63,880 nucleotides of DNA from Phoronis australis (taxonomy: Eukaryota; Animalia; Phoronida). A model generated the notes under the pieces. It ran no database searches and was not told the origin of the DNA. It saw only the letters and a program-made list of their open reading frames with translations. Position 1 is the stretch's first letter. Every line of letters begins with the position of its first letter. The translations under genes were made by a program, and so were the position numbers. The stretch spans positions 617,835 through 681,714 of the forward strand of contig NMRA01000022.1 of the NCBI GenBank assembly GCA_002633005.1, read 5' to 3'. Positions 1-13,400 of this stretch are shown one piece after another.

Positions 1-325
1 GCTTGTTGTACTGTGTAGATGTCATAAAACTGCAGTGTTTAGCTGGTTTGTACTGCGTAGATGTCATAAAACAGCAACGTTTAGCTTGTTGTACTGTGTA
101 GATGCCATAAAATTGCAGTGTTTAGCTGGTTTGTACTGCGTAGATGTCACAAAACAGTAATGTTTAGCTTGTTGTACTGTGTAGATGTCATAAAACTGAA
201 GTGTTTAGCTGGTTTGTACTGTGTAGATGTCATAAAACAGCAATGTTTAGCTTGTTGTATTGTGTAGATGTCATAAAACTGCAGTGTTTAGCTGGTTTGT
301 ACTGTGTAGATGTCATAAAACAGCA
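1..325. repeat. Minisatellite of alternating 41/42-bp units (83-bp dimer), truncated by the window edge
   Basis: gcttgttgtactgtgtagatgtcataaaactgcagtgttta alternates with gctggtttgtactgcgtagatgtcataaaacagcaa(c/t)gttta. Confidence 0.95.
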
Positions 326-730
326 TTTGATTAAGTTTATAGTATTTGCACCAAGGTAACCAAGCTAAGAAAAAAATGAAAAATAGCGAAATGTGCGAAA
401 TTAGTGAAGAATTACTATAAACAGAATTTGCAAGGAGTTAAAGCAGTGACAAGTCACGACACCTGGTGTGCATTCCATAAGGCTTTTAGTAGGTTTGGCG
501 ATTCATATGCGAGATTTTGCCCTGCACTTCAAGCAAATCACTAGCGCTCACAAGCTTACAATTGTGACTGATGAGTGTCACTGAACAGTCCCCATGTCCT
601 TATACAGCCACCTTACCATCCAGAAACTATTGAGCGTAAACACCAATAGAAACTGTATTTTATTGGAATGTGGAAACCTTTTGACATTTTGGTGATCAAC
701 TAATGACGACACAAAACAACATGTTGTCCT

Positions 731-1212
731 CAGGGCTTGGAATGACCAATGACGCAAAATGCGGAAATTTTTACAGCCCAAAACATGCGCGCCTCACAGC
801 TTTGAAGTAGTGGACCTTTTGCCGACAAAAATCGGGATGACTAAAAAAACAGCACCACCTCCAGAAGCATGCTGTGTCTGCGTCTTTTTAGCTCGTCCAT
901 CCACTCCACTCCCACCTCCACACATTTTTGGCTGCAGAGTCGTAGTATTTGTCACCGCGGTTTACAATCACACAAGACGCCATTGAAAAATCCACCACGC
1001 TATCCCAGATGCCCCGGCAATGTTGACAATTTACATTCCTATGAAACATAAAGAGCAACTTCCGCTTTTCGAGGTGAAAGTCGTCGGCAACGCCGCAGTA
1101 AGAAAGGAATTTGCCGCGGAAATTGTTTTTAAACGGAAATATAATAAAATATGCGGACAGAACATTTGAAAAAAGCGGAAATCCGCGTTTCCACGGAAAA
1201 TTCCAAGCCTTG
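731..1212 (+). mobile_element. hAT-like MITE family A, copy 1 (6-bp TSD)
   Basis: TIRs CAGGGCTTGGAAT / ATTCCAAGCCTTG, TSD TGTCCT on both sides; three copies in the window. Confidence 0.85.
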
Positions 1213-1254
1213 TGTCCTCATTAAGTTATTTCTTCACACCAACAAATACCTCAC

Positions 1255-1411
1255 CTGTAGTTGCCTAGTTTGACCCAGATGATATCTCCATAGAGAGGTT
1301 TCTTGCCGATACGGCAATCGGGGCAGTACCACGTTCCGTCCGGGAAGTCGATTTTAAGACATTCCGCATGGAATGCTGCAGGACAACTCTCACAACACAG
1401 CAAAGTACCAC
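1255..1411 (-). CDS. NSD2: NSD exon, PHD4 and start of PWWP2
   Basis: [19 protein letters not shown]...[11 protein letters not shown]...[11 protein letters not shown], donor AG|GTGAGG. Confidence 0.94.
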
Positions 1412-4400
1412 CTAAAAGATAAGACATCGTCAAAACTGGCTAGTGTGTTTTGACAGGGTGTGTTTACAGCCAGCCCGGAAGTCTGTAACTTGGAATTAAA
1501 CCAAGGTAAGTTTGAGATGAATCAAAACACTAAAAATACCCCCCTTAAGCAGTACACGGGACACAGTGCAATTATTAGTTAAAAGTGTGAACTCTCCTTA
1601 TTTCAGAGATTCAATTACTTCTTTTAAGGTTATGTATGACCCCGAGAAAAAAGTTCAAATTCGCCAAACTTCAAAACATTATATCTCAGAAATGTCTAAT
1701 TGGACTCATATGAAACTTTCAGATACTATGCTTTATACACTGTTCCCCAAAAGGTGTTTAGGAATTCTTTCTAAAATGTAACTTTGATAAAAATACTCGT
1801 AAGTTGCATGAAATGAAAACTATGTGATAATAATTTAGAGAACTGAAGCAAAGCTTTTGAGATCTCATCTTAATCATTTTATATCATGTTAGTTTCAACT
1901 TTTTTTGCTAAATTATACTAGACATGGGCAAGTGACCCAGATTGGAAAAAAGTCAAAAATCAACACCTACAGGCTTTCTACTTTCACAAAGTAAATGACT
2001 TTACGATTTACAATCTATAGTTTTGTAGACATTCAGCTAAATACTAAGACTTGTCGATAAAGTCACCCGTAATCTTAATGCAAACTAAACGAAACAAGAA
2101 TCATCGTTGAAAAACACATCTGCTCCATTGTCTACACCAGTTATGACCTCAGAGCTCACAGTCAAAACTCTTACATTTTCAGTTCTGTTTGGTGCAAACT
2201 TAAAAGAAAATGCCACTCAAAAAACAACCTATTTGGATCAATTTTGATTGAGTAGTTCCACTCGATAACAGCAAGGTCAGTTGTTTTACCTGACAACTAA
2301 AGGCAGACGGAGGTGTTGAAATTGACCAATGACGTAATCGATTCGAACGCAGTCTGTTCAGCCGTTCACAACACGCTTACTGGTGTCAACTTATCGCTTG
2401 AATTCATCGTTTTACACCAATAAATCACCAAAATTCGATGTAAACCCCTTACAAATACATAGAGTTCTTGAACAAATGTGTTGTTATATTTGAACGTACC
2501 GTAGCCTACAGAGTTCGGTAGGCCAATTTACCATGCATGGTCGATCGCAGGCGTTTGGGTCTGTTTGGTGATAAATCCCAATCATTCTTCCGTGAAATAC
2601 AGATGGGAGAACACAGCTGTGTGTTGTACTTTTAGACTTGCGATTTTTTCAGTTCTAAACACACATGTTACTCCCCGCCAGTGGCTCGGAGCCCGATCAG
2701 GCTCACCGCAGCTGCCAGGACAGGACATCACGAACATAAACCAGGTTGAGTTGGAAACTAAACCTCCAGTCATGAAAAGACTATAATAGTGAGCCAAAGA
2801 AATAACGTGCACGTAATTATTTAGGTGAATTAGCCACAAAACTGAAAATCTGCTTACTTGTCGGGGGCCGTGAAGTCAGGTTCCCCTTCCACAGAACCGT
2901 CAGGGCAAAGGTTGTACAGTAACAATGATATGAATAATGTATTTGTATATCTAAATAAAGATTCCCCTAACATGTGACCATAGCATATAAAATTGAGTTA
3001 TTGTTTTACAACAGTTTCTGTCAGCAAACACTCAATTAGCATGCGCTCACACGGCCTTGGTGCCCAGTCAATTACCTTCCTTGCATTTAAAGCCTGTAAC
3101 ATTGCTGGCTTCTCAAAACATTTGCACTCACAAGCACTCCAAAGGCATTACAAATTGTATCTAATGAGACAGACTTTGTTTCAGTTTTATACAAGCATTG
3201 GTTAGGGTGAGAATAATTCATTTTGAAACAGAACGCAGAATAATAATTAAACGTCTACATGGCAATTCGCCCGGCGCCAATCCCGACATAGTTGAGAGCT
3301 CATCCGACGAGACTTCACGGGTCGGATCGATAGGTTTCACAGGCTATCAGTTCGAGCCGGAATACACTGATCAAGAAATACTAGAGAGGCACCGTGAACA
3401 TGCACAGGCAACGGAACATATGGATAGTTTTTTGGCAAGCCGGAATTCCTCAGAGAAATCACTGTCGACGAAATGCCGGCCACAGACACAGAGATGTTTC
3501 ACAGCCTCATATTTGCTATTAACAGTGTACTTTTCATTCTTCACTACCGTGAGCCACTTCCTAAGCATTTCGGGCTCTCGAGGAAGTCGAACAAACGATA
3601 TACCCATTTCTTCGCAACTTCATAGTTCGGCCAAGTGGAAACGATGCACCGCAATATAGTGGCATTCACTCTGCAGATGAACCACTGACGTCGCTGCGTC
3701 GTTTCTCACCTTCCTCACAGGTTAACGCGACACATCTCGGCAAGGTGGGGCCGACCGTATAAGAGGTGATGTGGATATAGACCGATTAAGACGGTAAAAA
3801 AGACTAATTCAATTGGGTGGCATTCTCCTTTAAGATAAGTGTCTATGGCTGTGTGCTTGAGTTTGTTAGGATTTACGTGGATGATTGCCTAATTCTATTT
3901 TTTTATTTTATAATGACAGCATGAACTTGAAATCCTATGTTTGAACTAGAGTTCCGTGTAGGAATTCAAATCTAGGGACCACCCATTGAGAAATTGGACT
4001 TGAAACTTATCCATAATAAAATACACTTAAGCACACAACTGTACACATCTAAATTAGAACAAAAACGTCTAAAAGAATTCAAAGATCAAGGTCAAAAGTC
4101 ACATCCCAGGTGCAGGTTGTGCAAGTGCAATAACAGTTAAATATATATTACCTACCTTTGTTACAGACAAAGCACCATCCGACATTGACGTGTGCGTGGT
4201 GTGCGTGGGTCTTGACAGGCTGGAAGTGTTTACTGCAGACAATGTTGGTGCCCCCTATGGGGATACTGCCAGCTGCCACACAGAAGTCTCCTACGTGATA
4301 AGCTGTCGGACAGCGAATGCACCGGAGCAGACGACCTGCGGTGAACAGAGGCAGTCAGTAGCGATAACGGAAGTTGATACCGAGGAGGATAGAGTACGAC

Positions 4401-7400
4401 AGAAATGCGCAGTGAGAATGAAGGAACAGATGAATGTCATCATGAAACTTATAGAAAGACCGACTCTATTGTTTGAATTTAAGTTGCATATGAAAAATAT
4501 TGAGTGGCGCTAGTTCGTTTATCGTTTGTCTCATTTTAAAGCTTTGACCTGAGCTATGTGCTTAGCTTACTGGCACCTGATGCAGCGATCTAGGCATGTA
4601 GCCTTTTCTGTGACGATCACTAGATTCAGTTTACTGAGCTCAAGACTTAATTTTAACTTGATGACTGACAGTTGTTCTTTAGGAGGTTTATGGTAGGCGG
4701 CTAATGTTTGAACACACATAGTGTATAAGACAGAGGACACAACACACCTTTTTGTGCTTTCGTGTGTTTAGCGTTGCCACCTGCACAAGTCTCGCATACG
4801 TGCAGAGGGCAGTAGAGGTTCTTTCCTTCGACTCTCGCAAGGCTAAACTTGGTGATGCACGCCTCGTGATAAAATTTGCCACAGGAGGGCACCAAACACT
4901 TCCTGAGAGAGGAGCTGGTCTCCTTGCAGACAAAACAAGTGTGGTTTCCTAGAATACAAAGATACCCTCAGTGGCATGATGGATCGTTTTGGCAAAGCAA
5001 CAACATATTACATAGGTCCAATGATACGAGGTGCAATGAAAGTATGTCCTGCAGTGGAAAAGAACTCTGAACTGAGCATGCACATGTTTCAAAAATGTAC
5101 TAATTCAAAAGCAACAGGCTGATTCATCTAGTTCTAGTTTTACAAATGTTCTTTGAGCCCTCTCGCATAGCCATTAACAATATTTGAATGTAACAGAGAT
5201 ACAGCAACTTCAAACCAGGTCCATCTTTCTGAAACACCCTGTGCTTCCAGGCACCTGATCCCCCGAGGCTGATTTGCTCAAAGTAATGCTAAAGGATGGG
5301 ATATTATTCACATATTACCAACTGCACTTGGCTACCAGACATTTACTAAAGACTCCCTAAATGGTCTTCGACAAAATGAGAGAGCATACATGCACGCCTC
5401 ACCTGTCATACACTCGTCACATTTGAAGCCCGCTGCTGGCTTCACCGTGAGCCCCAGACAGTTCGGGTGGAACGTGGCGTTACACTGGCCCTCGCACTGC
5501 AAGGGGTCCGCCTGTATTGCTAACTCACAGATCTGACACACGTTCTCCTTCTTAGCCAAGCATGTGTCAGTCAGCTTAAAGATTTCCAACTCATAGAGCT
5601 CTTCCACCTTGGCTTTACGACCTTTGGGCTGAGAAAGAAGCAGCCAACTCAGTAACACGTAGGCTGTCTAGAAGGTCTAGGCCCTCTTTTTAGCCAAAAT
5701 GACAAACAAAAACCACGGTAAAAAAGAGGATTCTATTTTTTCCATTTACATAGACAGATGGGTGCAGAGACCATGAGATTAAATTTCATTACCAGTTTTC
5801 TACTCATTGTTTGTGACATAAAATTCAGAAAGTTATCGTTTTACTTGGACCTCCCGTTTCACAATAAGCTGGATCTGCCATCACTATTATTATGAACTTG
5901 TAAATCAATATTACACATTATCAATATCACGTGTTCTAAATCAAGCATGTCACCAATTTCAATACTAATATGAAGCAAGGTATATTAGTTTTTACATCAA
6001 TATCAGTCATTTTAGTAAAAAAAAATGCATTTGTTGTTTCAGAACTGTGTTGAACACAACACTTCAATGAAGGCCTACGAGTGTGCAAACATTGCATCAT
6101 TTTACAAGCTCGTTGCAGCTCAACTCATAATTTCACAAAAAACAACAAAATTCTCACGAGGCATCAGGTAGTTTTCCTCATATTGCAACACATATAACGG
6201 CCAAAATTATTATTTGAATTCTTTTTTCAAACACTTATTACATTTGCTAAAATAGCTCAGAATTTCGCCGTGTGTTATGCAGGGACGGTTGCATGGTAGA
6301 AATTGTACTAAAATGAATTTTTTTCTTCCTTTGTAACTTTGTAGGGATATTATTGGCAAAACAAGTTTCTTTCTATGCCATAGCATGCTTTAAATTGAAT
6401 AGAGGAACTAGAGCAGACAAGGTTCTACTCGAGATGGATGACAGACAATGCTCCTGGACCAACATAGGCCACACTATAATACAGACCGTCCAAGGACAGG
6501 CGTGTAAATCTTTACTGTGGAATTTAGATTTTTGGTCATCAGCATTTGAAGAGCCTTGCAAAAGTTCTTTAGAGAGTAAACTTAAACTATGCTACAATGA
6601 AGGCTGTCAAATTACGACAAAAAATGTTCCACTCAACAGATTAACAAATTTGAAGTTATAATCCATTTTACAAATGACAAATAGCTAACGCGAAAGGTCC
6701 AAAAACCTGACACTTGCCTTACTTCAGAATGTCCTGTAACAAATGCATCATCGAAACAAAACCCAATGCGCCGCTGAAATACATCACCTTGTCCTAACAT
6801 TATAGACACGCCTAGTTTTGAGTCTGGGATGAGTATGCACAATCTGTAGAATTACATCACAACTGACCTTAGCATCTGTTTCCTGAGTAGAGTCTTCCAT
6901 GTTATCTGCCAGCTGATCCTGAGACTGACTTCTGCTCACTTTACCAGGCTGGAGCAGAAAACCGAATTGTGTTTGATTTGCAATAACCCTTAATCGTTTT
7001 TATGGGCGAAAAATGCATTTTTCGGAATATTGTTGGAAGCAGGGCTTGAAATGACCAATGACAAAAAGCGGAAATTTTCACGGCCCAAAACATGCACGCA
7101 CCCAGCCTTGAAATAGGCGATGTGCACCTTTTGCTGACATAATTCAGGACTAAAAAAAAAGAAAAACAGAAAAAAAAGAAAAAATAAAAGAAAAAATAAT
7201 AAAAAAAAAACGGTACCACCTCCAGAAGCGTGCATCTGCGTCTTTTTAGCTCGTCCGTCAACTCCCACACTCCCACCTCCACACACAATTTTGGCTGCAG
7301 AGTCGTAGTATTTGTCACCGCGGTTTACAATCACACGAGATGCCATTCAAGAATCCACCACGCTATCCCAGATGCCCCGGCAATGTTGACAATTTACGTT

Positions 7401-10400
7401 CCTCCGAAACACAAAGAGCAACATCCGCTTTTCGAGGTGAAAGTAGTCGGCAATGCCGCGGTAAGAAAGAAATTTGCCGAGGAGATTTTATATCTAATCC
7501 GATTTTTTTATGCGGAAATATAATAAAATACGCGGACAGAACATTTGAAAAAAGCAGAAATCTGCGTTTCTGCGGAAAATTCCAAGCTTTGTGGAAGTGA
7601 TACCCTTTTTGGAACTGTAAGCATTGACCAGAGCTAAAAATATTAAAATCATTATTTTTGTAATTTCATTACAAACCACCAAATCTTGCCGTTGTCTGCC
7701 AGACATTTGTTGAAAGTGACTTTTACCTGTCCAGCCAAATGCGTTTAAAATACTCTGCTGTGTATGGAGTGGCACTTGACTGCAACAGTGAAGACTTCGG
7801 GTTCAAATCTGCCCTGGGACTGATCTCAGAAAATCACTTTTCTTGCTATTAATATCATCTTAAACAGACGGTGTATGACAGAATGACACTTAGTTAATTG
7901 AGCTTGAATAATCCTTAAGGGCAACAGATGGGATAAGATAGCACACCCCATTCTAGTCTACTTCAACATTGCTGACCAAGGCTACCTCCTTGCACAGTCC
8001 TACAACTTTATGTGACCTAAGCCTAAGACAATTCCCGGGTTTTCAACGACCCTGCTGATGTTTTTTAAGTCAAATGCATTGTGGGACAGTTGTCGGCTCG
8101 CTAACATGCAGTGACATCACAGATAACTCGGGGGACGTGTAACCTGATTCACATTTTAGATAATGAAACTCAACTTCAGCATTATCAGAATTGTTTGCAC
8201 ACAATACTTACTAATCTTAATATATATTCAATGCATTTTGAGTCTCCCATTCAGTCTCTCCTATTTGAATGATGGTTGCTTCGTTATAATTGCCCTAAAA
8301 AGCATTGGCAGTAGAAATGTGCTTTCCATTCTGGTATATCGTGTTAATTTTCATCATATTGTTTACAAATAACCAAGTTAGCTGTGATGTCACCTGGATG
8401 TTTTTTAGCTGACAATATTGTCCCATAATGCATTTTAAAAATGACAGCAGCGCTGTAGGGAATCTCCTAAATTGAAGTCCCAGTACACCAATTGCACTTT
8501 TCAGAATTTAGTCTTCATCAATACAGTGGCCTCCCTCCAAACCAAGAAATCACTTCCGATTGTACAAGTTAAAAACTAAATTTTATGCAGTAAATGGTCG
8601 AATAAAAAAGTAGACATGTTGGACACCAGAAGTTGCTTAAGGGTCGGTGTGCTGGAATTGTAAAATACAGCCTCCAACTTCAAACTAATGGTTATCCTAT
8701 AATTAGAATTTCCCCACTCACCTCAGTTGGAACATCAGCTGTGCTGGACACTGAGCTTTTGGACTTCTGGAAAACAAAAGTTTTGTTTAATATTGATGCC
8801 AAACAAAGTTTTTGAAATATATTTAGTACAAATCTAATAAAAAAGGCATGAAGTTTATAAGTTCTTCAAATACTGCAAACTAAAATGTTTTGAACAATAA
8901 ATAACGTGAGAATTTTAAGAAATTGTGATGACTGTTGATGGGGTATCGACAAATCTTATTGACATCTAGCAAGCCAATAAAAAGACAAATTCATTTTTGA
9001 GTGAAATGTCGAAGTGCTCCATACAGTCAAAATAGTTTCCCAAAGCAGCACATTGCAAACCAGGTGTTCTTCACTACACAACTAGGTGGCAGCACGCTGC
9101 AAAGCAGGTGTTCTTCACTACATAGCTAGGTGACAACACTGGTAATAACTTCCATGTGACAAGCCTTCAAAGCTTCATGAAAGTCACAATTTCTAAACCA
9201 AATAACATTTTAGCATAGGTATTTAGTTCCGTCTGTGTTTTGGCTAAATAAATATGTACTCGAGTAAAAATCAAAGAACACAAGACCTACATATCCCAGC
9301 ATGTGAACAGAGTTCATCAGTATGTGCGCATATACCAGCATGCGCCTGCATACTTTCATCAGTGTGCACTCATATACCAGCATGTGCATGAATACTTTTA
9401 TCAGTGTGCACTCATATACCAACATGTGCATGCATAGTTCTCACGTACCCTTTTTTTCTTTATAGGGGGTTCATTGACTTCATCGTCATCCGTCGTGTCT
9501 TCACATAACTTCTTTGAGGGTTTCCTAACTCGACCCGACTTGGTCTTAACTGTAGGCGTACCGTCACCATCACTGTTGAATGCCCCAGATCTTGATTTGT
9601 ATCTGCCAAGAAAGGCCTTCAACTTTTAATAAAGCTTCTACTTGGCCAACAGAAGACAGTTACTTCAAGGCCCGCGATCTAATTTTTATGCTAAATTATT
9701 TTTTGCATTTTCTATTCTACTTTTGTGCGAACGTAAGACACACGTTTGCAAAAAAGCTGAATGGAAAATGCCAAAAATAATTCCGAGTTCGATTTCAAGT
9801 ACAAAGATTAGATCCCGGCCCCAGAACTGATGAATGAAAACATAAACATCTTAATTATCAATAAAACCCAAAACGAGGGTCACGGTATTGGTCTTTTTAT
9901 GAGCAGGGCAAAGTCTTTGACTCAGTGACTTGCAGGAAGAGATGGAATTATAACTGCCTATGGTAGGAGAATGAAATATTACAAACACATATACGAGGTA
10001 TCTGCCTACATACAGTAGAAGTACAAACTGGACCTAACCAGATTGCTTACAGTAAACCAAAGCAGACATGACACAGACAAAGAGCTACATCTATTTGCTG
10101 CACCTAGACTCACAAACTTCTACCAGATTTCGGCACTAGGATACGCACTGCATCATTTTCAACTACTTCAAGCCATGTTAAAGAATGCTCTACCTCGCTC
10201 TTTGCTTCTCATTCATTTTGTTCCACTCATCTAATAGCAGCGCCTCTAAGTTGTCCTCAGACACTTCAGGTTGCTCCTCCTTCACATGATCTCGTCTCTT
10301 CTGGCAAAAGACAACAAACGAACCTTTATCCAATGTCTTTTTTGGTGAGTGCTTGACTACAGCAGTTGACTTCTTGGGCGATGACTTGCCACTTTCCTCA

Positions 10401-13400
10401 ACAGCTGTCGTTTCATTTTTTCGTTTCCGTCCTCGTTTCTTCCCCATCAACGGGGCTTCAGAGTCGTTGCTTTCCTTTTCCTTTGCCTCCTCCTTCTTAC
10501 TCTTTGGCGCCTCATATTCAAACGTATACGTCTGCTTACGTTCTGCGCGGCTCATTTTCAACGCTTCTTCTGCCTCTTTGATAGCACACTCCCACGCCGC
10601 TTTTCGCCTTGGGCCTGGAGCATCAAACTTCTGCTGCTTCTTGATTCGTTCCTTGCCCTTGCATTTCTTCAATGCTTCCTCCACAGTTTTCTTGAACTCA
10701 TCGTGACCTTTGAACTCCATGGTTGATGCCTCCGTTACCCAGCCACGCTCCACCGCTTCGCCAAAAAACTGCATGTGGTACATCCTGTAGTTACCTCTCG
10801 ATTCTGCAAAAAGAAACAAGAATACCTACAAGTGTCGCTGAATTCTTTTTAATACGAGAGCAACGAAGTGTTGAAATGAATCTAAGAAAGAACTACAAAC
10901 AGTATGCTTCTGACTATAATTATTAGTACCATTTAAATGGCCACTAGATGGCACACAGTATGTCAACCTCGTCCAAACATGGAAAGACAGTGCTCAATTT
11001 GGTGACCTGCAGTTCGCCCATGTTACCTCAGATTGTGTTTGACAACTTGGGAAAGTCGCCACGAACTTGGCACAGTGAGCAGTCAGACAATAATTCACAG
11101 GAAATTCACTTCAAAACTTGTTGTGACAAACAAAGTTTAAAGTAACAACCATTTTTACTAGATACAATACCTTCAGGTCACAGTTGTTTCATTTATTTCA
11201 TCACACCTAATCAGCACATATGAAACATGTGCTCAAATTACAACAGGAAGTAAAAAGATGGAAGTCGGAGTCGTTCCGCAAAAATCGGGCAAGGTTGGAT
11301 AATGAAACACGTGCCTCCAGTGTTTCCGATTGTCTGCGTCCTTAGTTGGTAAGAGGAATTGACTTAGGGTGAGCAAACCAAATTAAAAACCCGAAATATG
11401 TGTGAATAAATTATGAGCTACATTTAACATTGTTTAATTGATTAGAGAGTGGACATGAGGACCTCAGTTGGATGAAGCAAAAAACGGCTGCCTTGGAACG
11501 TCTGACACAGCAATGCGGTGCGTAAGAGTGATTAATGTATAACCAGTGAATGGTATATATGAAATGGAAGAGGTATGTGTAATTTTTAATATTAGTGACA
11601 ACAGCATTTTTTATAGTCAGCGACTTCCGACCACAGTTTTGGCAACCTCAGGTTTTAATATGGAGATGTGGAATTTCCGTGAAGTTGCCTTTGGCGAGTT
11701 GGCATTAAGCTAAGCATAGAGCTACTTTTGATCTAATAACTTTATATCATGCGTTCCAAATAATTTGGTAAGTGAATGAACATGCATAATCAATATTTTT
11801 TTGTATCTAACGACTACATTTGACCTCTGCTGGGAGTCAGTGACACAAACCAATAGCAGCTCAGTATCAGAAAAAATGGATCAGATATGTATCGACTACA
11901 GAACTATTGCCATGGAGATGAACACTTACCCTTCACCTTGGTATAGACACCCGTTATGGGGTCATAGGACACCATGCAGGGCCACCATGGGTGACCAGAC
12001 ACCTTGGCCCAGACCATGTCACCCACTAGCCACTTGGAGCCAGCTTCTGAAGGCTTGGAAACACGACCAGACGCAGGTCCTTCAGCTGCTTTTTTGGTAA
12101 CTGAAACAGTGTATATAAATTATTGTCAAGTGGTTCATCATCGTAAAACCCACTAGATGAAGCTGAAAGCTCAAACTGGTAGTGTATCTTCCCTTTAAAG
12201 CAATCTATGAACTCCATTCGGCCCATGGATTAATCAGGTGTCACCAGGAATGCCAGTTTGTCACATTAAAAAAACAAAAGGTTCCAACCCCAAACATGAA
12301 CCGAACCAATGATTTTAAAAGACAGGTCTGATGATAAAATTTAATTTCCTTGGCTACTGTTTAACTAACAGAAAAACCATGATCAAAATCAGGTCATTTT
12401 TTGATAAATTCTGTCTCCAAAATTTTCCAACAGACCTATAATGTTGCTTTCCACTAACCTCAAATCAGCACGTTACACCGTGATCTCATCATCGTGCAAA
12501 ACACTTACCCTACTGAACAAAAACCACAATTTACCTTTCTTGGCAGGTCGTTTAACCTCGTCACCACCAGCCTCAGCCTGGGCGGTGTGTTGTTCACCAG
12601 CAGACGATGGCTCATCGTGAAAGACTTCGGTATCTCCTAGCAACAACACAAATGTCTAGATGATGATCGGGGGAATTAAAGTTTATTAACGACTGCTAAA
12701 GTTTGACCACTTCTCAACCATACGCGAGTTTTGTGGTTGCTCTCAAAGATCCAGTTTTGTCAAACGTCTTCCACACAATATTATAAAAAGATTCGTGAAC
12801 CACAGGGTGCTTGCTAGCGAACAGTTCATGAACTCTGCTAATAACCGTTCTTTTTTTAAATAGAGATCATGTAACTGCAGTCAACTTGTGTAACTTGATT
12901 TGAGAGTCTTTCCAATAATGTGCAAACAGTAGTTTTCAATAACAAGGAACACACTTAGTCTATGTTGAAGACACCGGCCAAAAGAAAAGGTTCCAACTGC
13001 AGATTCATGAGCATCGCGGTTCAATATACGCAGGTAAACTTATATGCGTTTACAGAACTTAAAAAATAACTGGAGCATAAAGAAATGTTCTTATTAGGGC
13101 TGTTCCAGCAAAGTCTGTATGCGGGGGGGGAGGCACTTTTATTTCGTACCCACCGCCCATATTTTTCATTTATTTCTCCAACCCATGACCCATAATTTTT
13201 TAATCATTTTTAATAGGTTAAAATATAAAATCTAACACTTGCAAACAAATTGCCTCCAGGAGGACCTGTTAAGAACTTAGATGATTGACAGACAAGAACT
13301 AGTTGTCTTGTCCAATATTGTCAAAAACTAAAGTAGCCTGTGAGCAGTACTTTTGGCAGCCACCAGGTGTCTCTGTTCACCATGTGTCTATAATTTCAAT

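Noticed and set aside
759-1051. Recurring ORFs also seen at 6941-7600 and 29929-30637
   Set aside because: They recur because they lie in MITE family A copies; frames and stops are not conserved.
3371-3607. Host THAP-domain gene nested in NSD
   Set aside because: Frameshifted N-terminus, truncated, and inside a TTAA/TIR-bounded element with a decayed second copy.
4190-4513. Plus-strand ORFs opposite NSD exons (also 10353-10706)
   Set aside because: Antisense shadows of real coding exons.
7765-7830. tRNA gene (GGTTCAAATC B-box)
   Set aside because: No complete cloverleaf could be folded; at most a decayed SINE head, as at about 19740-19800 and 58600-58710.
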